In this document: piece by piece, positions 23,930 to 35,300 of the stretch | Layout: each line of letters starts with the position of its first letter | Position numbering within the stretch: the stretch's first letter is position 1 | From: Ginglymostoma cirratum | Lineage: Eukaryota | Length of the DNA stretch: 47,017 nt | Direction: 5' to 3' | NCBI GenBank assembly: GCA_024137785.1 | Contig: JAHRHZ010000002.1 | Location: 20,782,881-20,829,897 of the forward strand | The notes under the pieces: model-generated | Told to the model about the DNA's origin: nothing | What the model saw: the letters and a program-made list of their open reading frames with translations, nothing else | The model's database searches: none | Position numbers and translations under genes: made by a program

Positions 23930-24120
23930 CAGAGATAATAGGAACTGCAGATGCTGGAGAATCCCAGATAACAAGGTGTGGAGCTGGATGAACACAGCAG
24001 GTCAAGCAGCGTCGTAGGAGCAGGAAAGACCCTTCATCAGGCCCGAAACGTCAAGCTTTCCTGCTCCTATGATTCTGCTTGGCCTGCTGTGTTCATCCAG
24101 CTCTACACCTTGTATATCTC
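23930..24120. repeat. Penelope-derived hairpin (inverted arms of about 62 bp)
   Basis: 23967-24028 pairs with 24056-24118 around a 27-nt spacer. Confidence 0.85.
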
Positions 24121-24469
24121 CCAATAAATATAAGGACAAGATTGCCCGTCTTCAGTGTTGTTGGACCTCAGCGATGAATATTAGCCGAGGACGTTGGCCA
24201 AAAACTCTGTCACGTTGCCCCCTCTGTTGGGTGTGACTGGCCAGCAAACGAGGTTCGAAACAGCAGTCAGTGCATCTGGACCCAAACCAGTAGAATTCAC
24301 TGTCTTCAGCACATTCGTTATTCTGTTACTCCTCACTTGTATCAAGTCCTTTTCCTCTTGAGGCCACTAACCTACATCATTTTAAAATTCACTCCCTTGT
24401 TTTCAAATCCTTTCCTGCCCCTCTCTACCAACCCCACAATCCATCGAGATATCTACAATTCTGGCCTGA

Positions 24470-24767
24470 ATAGAATCTCTATAGTGTGGAAACAGGTCCT
24501 TTCAGCCCAACAAGTCCATACTGACCCTCAGAGCATCAACCCAGACCAATCCCCCAAAAACCCACCTTACCTACACGCAATTTAGCACAGCCACTCCACC
24601 AAGCCTGCATATCCTTGGACTGTGGGGGGAAACCAGAGCACCCAGAGGGTGCCCATGCAGGCACAGGGAGAACATGCAAACTCCACACAGTCACCCAAGG
24701 TTGGAATCGAACCCAGGTCTCTGGCACCATGAGGCTGCAGTGCTAACCACTGAGCCACTGTGCCATG
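24470..24767 (-). mobile_element. HE1/V-SINE-like SINE
   Basis: Reverse-complement copy ending in cagtgctaaccactgagccactgtgcc. Confidence 0.85.
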
Positions 24768-25338
24768 CCTGCTGAGTATTCCTGATTTTAATCAGTTAAG
24801 TTTACAATTGGGGAGGGGAGACCATTCAGCCTATCATGCCAATACTGTTGGATAAGGAGGCATCAATACTATTCCACCTACCTGGCCTTTGACTGTGTGC
24901 CACTGCACTTCAAATGCGTGTCTGAGTATTTTTGAGTGTGATGAAGGTTTCTGCCTCCACCAGTGAGTTCCAGTACAACCTCCACATTCTGGATACAAAT
25001 GCCTTCCCTTAAATCCCGCCACCACCCCCCAAATCTCCTGTCTCTCACCCTAAATCTGTGCCCCCAGTTATGGACCCTCACTCATGGGGTGACATTTTTC
25101 AAATCCACTCAATTTAAACCCCTCATTATTATACACAGCAACCAAACCTGCCCCCAGACTCCTTTGTCCCAAAGTAAACGGCTCCAACAGGCCCACACTT
25201 CCTCATTGTGAAAATTCTTCAATTTAGGTAATGTGCTCATAAATCTCCTCTATCCCTTTTCTAGTGTCATCACATCTTCCTTATTTTGCGGTGACCGGAA
25301 CTACAGACAGTGCTGTGGCTTAACTGGTGTTTTATACT

Positions 25339-25885
25339 CAGAGATAGTAAGTACTGCAGATGCTGGAGTCAGAGATAATACGATGTAGAGCTGGAGGAAC
25401 ACAGCAGGCCAGGCAGCATCTGAGGAGCAGCAAAGTTAACATTTCAGGTCGGGACCCTTCTTGAGAAATGGGGAGGGGGAAGGACAGCTGGGAAATAAAT
25501 AGAGAGGAGGGGTGGGGCTGGGGAAGGTAGGTGGGATGGTGATAGGTGAGTGCAGGTAGGCAGTGGTGGGGTTTGGTCGCTGAGGTCAGAGGGGTGAATA
25601 GGTGGGAGAGATGATGGATAGGTTATGTCAGGTCAAGGAGGTGGGGTTGAGAGGGAGGATTGGACATGGGATGAGGCCAGGGCTGGGGAGATTTTAAAGC
25701 TGGTGAATTCCACGTTTAGGCCATCGGACTGTAGGCCCCCGAGGCGGAATATGAGGTGCTCCACTTTGTAGATGGTGTCATTTGTGACACTGGAGGAGGC
25801 CCACGATGGACACGTCACCCAAGGAGTGGGAGTGGGAGTGGGAGTGGGAGCTAAAATGGTTTGCGACCGGAAGGTGTTGTCATTT
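25339..25885 (-). mobile_element. Penelope-like retroelement 3' end (GIY-YIG endonuclease C-terminus plus terminal repeat)
   Basis: The minus strand encodes QHLPVANHFSSHSH...LGDVSIVGLLQCH[frameshift]NDTIYKVEHLIFRLGGLQSDGLNVEF, followed by a C/T-rich UTR and the shared terminal repeat. Confidence 0.8.
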
Positions 25886-26279
25886 TAGCATTGCCTCTCT
25901 GCTGATATAAGCTCAACTTCAGCTAAGAAGACCAAGCATCCCGTGCGAATTCTAGGCTGGGCCTTCAGCTGCCTAGGCCCTCAGCTCAGGAATTTCCTCC
26001 CTGCACCACACTACCTCATTTTTTTCCCTTTAAAAGATTCCTTTCTTTTTTGGGGACTGTGGCAATGTGACTTTTAATTCTTTGATGAAGGTAGAGTGGT
26101 GGATATTGTCTCTATGGACTTTAGTAAGGTGCTCGACAAGGTTCCGCATGGTAGACTGGTTAGAAAGTTTAGAACGCATGAATCTGTGAAGGAGTTTAGT
26201 GTTCAATCTTGATGAAATCTCATGTCTTTCAGGGCTGGCACAGACAGGCTTTGGGGCTTCGCTGAAAGTGTTTGGGAGC

Positions 26280-26337
26280 ATGGAGCGTGGGGCCCTGTGT
26301 CTGATTCTCCTCCTGAGGATCCATTCTACACTGGCAG
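26280..26337 (+). CDS. Gene 2 signal-peptide exon (exon probably starts at 26233, with 5'UTR)
   Basis: agcATGg has a good Kozak context. Encodes MERGALCLILLLRIHSTLA, then G|gtaaga. The upstream acceptor tctttcag| at 26231-26232 implies a further non-coding exon. Confidence 0.85.
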
Positions 26338-29300
26338 GTAAGACTACCTCAATGCCTCACTTCATACTGACACACGAGCTCATCTTCAAACAGGCCGATT
26401 GCCTTCACTTACGATCCCTGTCGAGAACAAGAAACTTAAAAAGAGACCCTAATTTCTCAGCAAGTCTTATGAGGAATTGCACCATGGGCTTTCACATTTT
26501 AAGAGGTTTACTGCCAGAAACAAACTAAAATCAGCATTGACTAACATTTTGATGCAGTTCTGCCAATACTACAGGTTCAATTCCAGCACTAACTGAGGTC
26601 ACCATCAAGGTTCTGTCTTCTCATCTTTGCCCCTTACCGAAGGTGTGGTGATTCTCAGGTTTTAACTCACAGCAGGTCTCTCTCTCTCTCTCTGTCTGTC
26701 TACTGAGAGAGTGGCTCTGTGGTCCTCAGGGACTATGGCAATTTTACCTTTTACTTAGCTTCCAAATAATATGCTGAACTGCAGAATGTATTCCCTATTA
26801 ACTTCCTCAAACATCTTTCACCTTTGTAAAATGTTTTCCATGTGAAAGTCCTCAAGCTGTGCTGGCTTTAACAAGCTGTCTTCTGTGGATCCCCAGGAGC
26901 ATGTCCCTGAGAAACGAGTCAGTATTTACAGTGGTCCCTGGGGACTGTCAGTATTATATGGGGGTGGCGGGTTCTAGGGACAGTGTCAGTACTTACACAA
27001 GGCATCTATGGGGGCTGTGCCTGTACTTACAAGGTGTCTTCAGGTATCCATGTCTTACCCTGCAGTGCTTCCTCTCCCATCCTGCTTTCTAATCCCAGCA
27101 AAGCCTCTGAGACTGCTAGGAGATTGTTTTGAGAGTGTAGGATGTTAGTGTTGAAATCTCTTGTCTTTCAGTGCCTGCACAAATAGGCTTCACACTACAG
27201 TCTCAAGGCACCTTCTGGTGACTTGGTGGTCTTTAAAGCCTCACAATCCTCAATTCTTTGATCCTGTTTTCTATCATCATTGGCCCTCTGTTTGGTGGTT
27301 AAAGCAGATACAGTCCCGATCTACTGCCTGGCTCAGCAACACCAGCTGGTAGTCTTCTTTTTCTTAAGCCTCTGTCTGACTCAGTCTGACGGTTTGGGAA
27401 TTGAGGCAGCAGCAAGGTAATGCTCCTTCTTCCATGTACCCATATATTAGAACTTGCTATTTTGAAACCATGCTCATATTCCTTTGAACTGTAGATTTCA
27501 ACCCACTGTTGTTGGGCTTAGAGACAAGAGGGAAAGGAATGGCAGATCGTGATGTGGTGAAACATCCCTAGGGACTTCACAGGACGGGGCATTCCTTCAC
27601 TCAGAGGGTTGTCAATGTTTGATTCTCCCTACAGGCAGCTAGAAACACTCAGTCCTTAAGTATATTCAAGACAGAAGATTTGTGGTCTCTTAGAGAATGA
27701 AGGGATAGAACAGGATAGTGGAGTTGAGATTTCAGGGACCGAAGGACCTCCTGCAACTCCTATTTATCCCATGAGCATTATCAGCCAGAATTTGAAACCA
27801 AGCCCCAACAAGAGAGATAATCTAAAATCTCATCAAAGAGGTCGGGAATTTATGGAACGTCTTCAATAAGGAAAGAGAGAGGGTTGGGATGAGTGCTTTT
27901 ATCATTTTTCAATGGACGTCTCAAATGTTAATCCTGATATCTCCCTGTGAACCTTCTCTGTGGCTGTAATACTGTATTCTGCACTCCACTCTGCTACCCT
28001 GATGCTCGTTGCATGGTTAGGTCTGCCTGTATAACATGCAAAATAATGCTTTTCACTGTACCTCGGTACATGTGACAAGAAAAATCAATGAATCAATCAT
28101 AGATTCCCCACAGGGGAGGGAGGGGATTTCCAGGTTTTGGGCCTCAGTAGCTGAAGGTACAGCTGCCAACAATGGAGGATGCAATTCAGAGAATGGGAAG
28201 AAACTAGAGCGCAGTGATTCTGGTGCATCGCAAACTGAATGCTACTGTGTTTCCGACGTTACAAAAGTGACTACACTTGGAAAACCACTCTGTCAGCAAC
28301 AAAACCATTGGGATATGCTGAGTCAAAAGAGGTGCTATGTCAATGCACATTATTTAAAAACAAACTGTGACAATGCTGTGGCTATGAGGTGTGTTTTGTC
28401 CTGGTTTCGTTAACAGAGAGAGAGAGAGAGAGAGAGAGACTGGTGGGGGAGGGGTGTGGCAGGTGCTGAGCCACTATGAGAAGGTAAACAACTTGTGAAG
28501 CCTCCCATCCTTTTTAAAAGTTAGAACAATAGAAACAGCCTGAGGGGGTGTGGTTAAGCTCCCACTCACTGGGCTAGGGATCTGAGTTTTTAGTTTTCAG
28601 CAGCAATTGCTATTGGGGTCTTGAAGAAGTGGAAGCTATTTTCTCCCTCTCTCGATACAGCCAGAGGCTGGGTTTTCTCTTCCTGGGTTGCAGGATTGCA
28701 TGTGAGACAAAATTTTTCTAAATTGGTCTTTTGCCAAGGATGTGTTTATGGGATATCACTATATTGGAACAGTTCATTGGTAACAGTTATTGCATTTATT
28801 GGACTGCTAAGCTTTCCAATAGAATTAACTTATTTCAAGTCCTCCTTTTGTTGAATTTTAACTAAAGCGTTTGAATAGGTTGTGTTTAACTGAATATTGA
28901 TTAGTTTCACCAATCAAATCGTATCTGGAACACGGCACGTCACATTTGCCTTTAAAATAAGAAAACATTAGGGTCGAGGCTACCTTCTTAATATATTTAG
29001 AAGGAGCCTGGCCTGGTCTGTAACAAAACACACATTTGTATTGTTTTTGCTTGTTTGAATGAGTGGTTTGACCACTTCTCCCTTCTCCCCAAATCTCTCC
29101 AGAGGTGTTCCGAGTCACTGGCCCGGAAGCTCCAGTCATTGCTATGGTCGGTGGAGTGGCAGTGTTGGAATGCCAGCTGATACCAGATAAACCTTCAGTG
29201 GGCATGGAGATACAGTGGGTTCGCAGCGACTCGGAGCAGCACACACCCATCCACAGCTATATCATTGGGAAGGATATAGAGGAGCAGCGGGTTCCAGCAT

Positions 29301-32300
29301 ACCTGGGCAGAACAGAGTTCTATAAGGAGGAGTTCAACCAGGGGAACATCTCACTCAGACTGCGAGATGTCCGGCTGGAGGATGAAGGCGACTACCTCTG
29401 CATGGTCGAGTTTAAGGGATTCATCGAGCAGGCACCCTTGAAGCTGAAGGCCACCAGTAAGTCCCTGTAGGAACATCTGTCCACAGGATTGACACCCCGC
29501 TCTGTCACCCTCTCTCCTCACTCTCTACATCCTTCTCACCATCCTCCTCCACTCCTCTCACTCATCTTCCATTCCCTCACTCCCTCCTCCATTCCTCTCA
29601 AAACTGCCTTCCCCTCATACCTCACTCTGCTCCTCCACCACACCTCACAATCATCCCTCCACTCACCCCTCTCTTGCATCTTCTGCTTACCCCTCTCTTG
29701 CCCCCTCTGCTCCCCTCCCTTCCCATGCCTCCACTCCCCTCTCTTCCCGCGCCTCCACTCCCATCTCTTTCTCCCCCTCTACTTCCCTCTCCTTCCCCCT
29801 TCCACTCCCCTTTCTTCCCCCCTACTCACCTCTCTTTCCCCCCCCGCTCCGCTGTCTTTCCCCCCTACTTCCCTCTCATTTCCCCCCTACTCCCCTCTCT
29901 TTTGCGCCCCCCTCCCATCTCTTCCCGCGCCTCCACTCCCATCTCTTCCAGCACCTCCACTCCCATCTCTTCCCGCGCCTCCAATCCCCCCTCTTTCCCC
30001 CCTCTACTTCCCTGTCTTTCCCTCCTCCACTCCCCCTCTCATTTCCTTCCTCTACTCCCCTCTCTTCCCTCCTCTACTCCCCTCTCTTTTGCCCCTTCCA
30101 CTCCCCTGTCTTCCCATGCCTCCACTTCCCTCTCTTCCCCCCCACCACTCCCTTCTCTTTCCCCCCACCACTCCCTTCTCCTTCCCCCCATCCACTCCCC
30201 TCTCTGCCCCACCTACTCGCCTGTCTTCACCGCCTCCACTCCCCTTTGTTCCCCCTTTGCACTCCCCTCTGTTCTCCCCCCCACATCCCTCTGCTTGCTC
30301 CCCTCCGCTCCCCTCAGTCCACCCTCCTCCGCTCCCCTCTGATCATGCCCCCCACCCCACCCCCCCCGTCACTTGCACTCACCCCAGCGCCTAAAGTGGA
30401 GCAACCTGGCAGGATAATGAATGATAAGGGGGAAACAAAGAACTCACGGGGCGATTTCGACAAGCTGAATTAATGGGCACATGCATGGCAACTGCAGGGT
30501 AACATGGTTAACTGTGAAGTTGTACATGCTGGTGGGAAGAACAGATTGGTCAGGTACCAGATCAGTGCTGATCTGATTGGATTGTTGTGCCAAGTGATTT
30601 GGTTTCTGTTGCACACCAGTCACTACAAGTAAGAGCTCGAAAGGTAAATGGTAAGTTGGCCTTCACAGTGAGAGGGTGTGAGATCAGGAGCCTTATGGAG
30701 ACCACGTCTGGAGTATTGTGTGTAGCTGTGATCTCCTTCCCTTAGGGAGGATACTCTTGCCTCAGATAGAGTGCCAAAACTACGCTAAACCTACTCTGGT
30801 CTTTGGCTGAAGGCACAAGCTGCTGAATTTTGGATGACATTAAGTTCATAGAACATAGAATAGTACAGTACAGTACAGGCCCTTCGGCCTACGATGCTGT
30901 GCCAAACTTATTATCCAACTAAGATCAAACTACCCTGCACACCCTACATTTTACTATCCTCCATGTGCCTATCCAAGAGTCACTTAAAAGTCTCTATAGT
31001 ATCTGACTCCACTACCACTGCCAGCAGCGCATTCCACACACCCACCACTCTCTGTGTAAAGAACCTGCCTCTGACATTTCCCCTATACCTTCCTCCAATC
31101 ACCATAAAATTATGTCCCCTCGTAATAGTTATTTCCACCCTGAGAGAAAGTCTCTGACTATCCACTGTGCCTATGCTTCTTATCATCTTGTCCACCTCTA
31201 TCAAGTCACCTCTCATCCTTCTTCGGTCCAATGAAAAAAGCCCTAGCTCCCACAACCTTTCCTTATAAGACCTGCCCTCCAGTCCAGGAAGCATCCTGGT
31301 AAATCTCTCTGCACCCTCTCTAAAGTTTCTACATCTTTCCTATAATGAGGTGACCAAAACTGAACACAATATTCCAAGTGTGGTCTAACCAGAGTTTTGT
31401 AGAGCTGCAGCATAACCTCATGGCTCTTAAACTCAATTTCCTCGCCAATGAAAGCCAACACACCATATGCCTTCTTAACAACCCTATCAACTTGGGTAGC
31501 AACTTTGAGGGATCTATGGATGTGAACCCCAAGATCCCTCTGTTACTCCACACTGCCAAGAATCCTGCCATTAACCCTGTATTCTACATTCAAATTTGAC
31601 CTTCCAAACGAATCACTTCATACTTTTCTGGGTTGAATTCCATCTGCCACTTCTTTGCCCAGCGCTGCATCCTGTCAGTGTCCCATTGCAACCTACAACA
31701 GTCCTCCACACTATCGACAACTCCACCAACCTTTGTGTCATCGGCAAGCTTACTAACCCACCCTTCCACTTCCTCATCCAAGTCATTTATAAAGATCACA
31801 AAGAGCAGAGGTCCCAGAACTGATCCCTGTGGAACACCACTGGTCAACTCCAGGCTGAATACTTTCCATCTACTACCACCCTCCGTCTTCTATTGTACAG
31901 CCAGTTTTGTATCCAGACAGCCAAATATCCCTGAATCCCATGCCTCCTTACTTTCTGAATGAGCCTACCATGTGGAACCTTATCGAATGCCTTGCTAAAA
32001 TTCATATACACCACATCCACTGCTGTGCCTACATCAATGTGTTTGTCTCAAAGAATTCAATAAGGCTTGTGAGGCATGACCTGCCCCTCACAAAGCCATG
32101 CTGACTATTTCTAATCAAACTGTGCTTTTCCAAATAATCATAAATATTATGTCTCAGAGTACTCTCCAATAATTTGCCCATCACAGAAGTAAGACTGACT
32201 GGTCTGTAATTCCCAGGATTATCCCTGTTCTATTTCTTGAAAAAGGGGACGACATTTGCTACCCTCCAATCGTCTGGTCCTATTCCAGTGGACAGTGAGG

Positions 32301-35300
32301 ATGCAAACATCATTGCCAAAGGGGCAGCAAACTCTTCCCTCGCCTCCCGTAGCAAACGGACTGGCTTAACCTCTCAATCCGTTGCCCTGGAGAGACTCAG
32401 ATTCAAATGAAAAGGCAGTGGCGTCGGTCTCCCACAGCCTTTCCTTCCTCGTGACCAATGACTCTTCTTGTTGTAGGTTTTGGCCAGCGCCCTGTGATAC
32501 GATTGGACGGATACCAGAAAGATGGAATCGGGCTGCAGTGTGCTTCGTCTAGCTGGTACCCGCTTCCCACGATGCACTGGGAAGACAACAGGGGCAAGAG
32601 CATGACAGAGGAGGCAACGATGACATCGACGAAGAACACAGATGGCCTATACAGAGTCTCGAGCAGCATCAAGGTCACAGCTGGCTCCAGTGATACCTTC
32701 AGCTGTTTAGTGAAGAGCGCCATCTTGAAGAGATCACAGCAGAGCAGCCTCCGCATCCCAGGTCAGTGAGCGCACTCGGCTGCAGAAAGCGGGATTGCAC
32801 GTTTTCTAAGGCGACTGTGGAAACACCCAGACGTTTCACTGTCGATTAAATTCTCTGTTAACATCAGTGCTCCCTCTGCAGAGGGGGTTCCAGTCCAGTC
32901 CCAAGGAAGCACTGTACCCCTAAGTCAGAGCCTAGGAATCTCACAGTGAGTAACTCATCTCCTAAATCCCCAAAGCCTGTCCACCATCTACAAGGCACAA
33001 GTCAGGAGTGTGATGGAATACTCCCAACTTGCCAGGATGGGTGCAGCCCCAACAACACTCAAGAAGCTTGACACCATCCAGGACAAAGCAACCTGCTTGA
33101 TTACCACAATATCCACTCCCTCCATCACCGACACTCAGTAGCAACAGTGTGTACTATTGACAAGGTGCACTGCAGTAAATCACCAAGGCTCCTTAGATGA
33201 CACCTTCCAGATCCTTGACCATTACCATCTAGAAGGACAAAGGCAGCAGATACATGGGAACATACCTTGGGTTAGCTCTCAGTTGACTAGACAGCTGGGT
33301 TTGTGATGTCGAGTGATGCTGTAGCAAGGGTTTAATTCCCGCTGAGGTCACCATGGAGGTCCCATCCTCTCAACCTTCTTCCCATCTTCCTTGCTGACTT
33401 TGTCATCCTCTTTTCTGAAGGAGAGTTATAGTGGACTTGAAATGTTAGCTGTTTCTCTCTCCACAGATGCAGCCAGACCTGCTGAATTTCTCCAGCATTC
33501 TCTCTGAATCTATTTCAGCTTTTCACAGTACTTTGCTTTTATTTGCGATCAGGTCATTGATTAGGCTAATACCAGCTGGACGGAATGAATTGACTCCTGC
33601 TGTGGCATAAATGTAATCAGGAATCATGGTTGGTCTCCATCAGGGCAGAGAGCAGGTCCTTTTCACACTCGCTCTCAACGAACCCAGGGCCAGGAAGTAA
33701 GGGAGCTGATTTCTGAACTTGCAACCTGACTGAGCCACCTGCCTCCTGGGATCCTGGCAACATGCTTAACGCCTAGTCAGATAGTTCCCTGACAATCCAG
33801 ACTTCGAAACAGCCAGAGGTTAAGGTGGCACAGATGTGTGCTCATAATCACTTCCCCACTTGCTGCTGGTAAGATTGGTGATGGGAAGACTTCGTTGGCG
33901 ACAAAGAGGCCTGCTTGGGTGGGGCGGGGTGGGGGGCGGTGTGTGGGGAGGTGTGCTAAGGATCAGAGCTGCAGTCCATTTGATAACTTCGCTTTTAATG
34001 GAGCTTTCTTCTGATTCCATTTCCAGATGAATTCTTTCCCAGGATGTCACGTTTCTTCACCGCCTTCATCCTGTTGCTCATTTTGCTCTTTGGATTACTG
34101 GCAGCTGCCGGTGTCTATCAGTACAAACAGCAGAAATGTATAAAAGGTATGACGTATTGGTCACTGACAAAGAAAGGCGCCATTTTGAGAGGGGTCGCCA
34201 CTTTACCACAGGGTGACAATTTGACACATGGTGCCATTTGAATGAAATGTGGCAATTGTGAAATGGCAGCTTTTGCTTTGGAAGCAAGGCATTTTGGGCA
34301 CTGGTTGCCACAGTGAGATAGAGTGCGTGTCGGTGCACCATTCTTGAGTAGTGCACCATGCTGAATTCGGCCCAGGCGCCATTTTGAGAAAATTCTGAGG
34401 AAAGGGACCGTTTTGTTGCTCGGTGCCATTTGGAGACAAAATCTTGCCACTTTCAGATTTGAAATGGGGAAGAAAAAATATGTTGTGCTTGAGTTAAACA
34501 GTCGCATTGTAAGAATTGTGAACAGACATCCATAAAGGGGTCTTTGGAGATTTTGATTCTGATGAGGAGGTGTAGCGGGAGGGTCTGCGGTAGGATAGAG
34601 TGCATTCCATATGGTGGAACTGTGAATCCAGAGAGTGACAGGAAATTGTATGCTCACTATTTTACGACATGCTTTCTGATTAAAGGTGGGGGGAAAGGAT
34701 TTGACTTTCACAATGCAAGAAGTATTGTGTGTTTGATTATCGAATAACTGTGTACCATTTGAGGAATGCACATGAAAGTATGTGCATATGTGTCAAATCT
34801 AACAGTGCATCATATGGAAAAACCTCTTTGTTCTCTTTCAGAGCTACAGAAACGCCCAACAATCAAAGGTATGTAATATTTCATTTAAGCATTTGCCTCT
34901 TCCCTCTTTAGCTGTTCCGTATCACTTGTCTGACAGTGATTCAATGATTAACTCTCATATCCCTGACTCAGCAGCTCAGGGTCTAAAATCCCACTCTATA
35001 GAGATATTGGCAGGGACGCAAGGTTCTTACTTCCAGGGCATCCTGAGGGAATACCGTACTGTCCTCGATGCTATCTTCCCAATAGGACCTTAACCCGAGG
35101 GCCTGTCCTTGGGTGGATGCCAGTTTCTTTGGCAAACTGTTTTGTTCTGTCTTTTCTCTGAGGCTTTTTGAACTGTTGCCCTTGGATTTAGTTTGTGAAA
35201 ACTAGAATTGCCACTGGACGAACTGTAGGAGTTTTGGTCGTTGCCAAACCCAGAATCTCAATCTGTGAATTCAGTCCTAGACAGGAGCAGGTTGGGAAAG

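Noticed and set aside
29489-30394. 301-aa and 222-aa Pro/Ser/Leu-rich ORFs
   Set aside because: Artefacts of a C/T-rich intronic tract that rarely contains stop codons.
30847-32355. Active reverse transcriptase gene
   Set aside because: 5'-truncated with frameshifts and no endonuclease or ORF1. The other LINE fragments here are likewise disabled.
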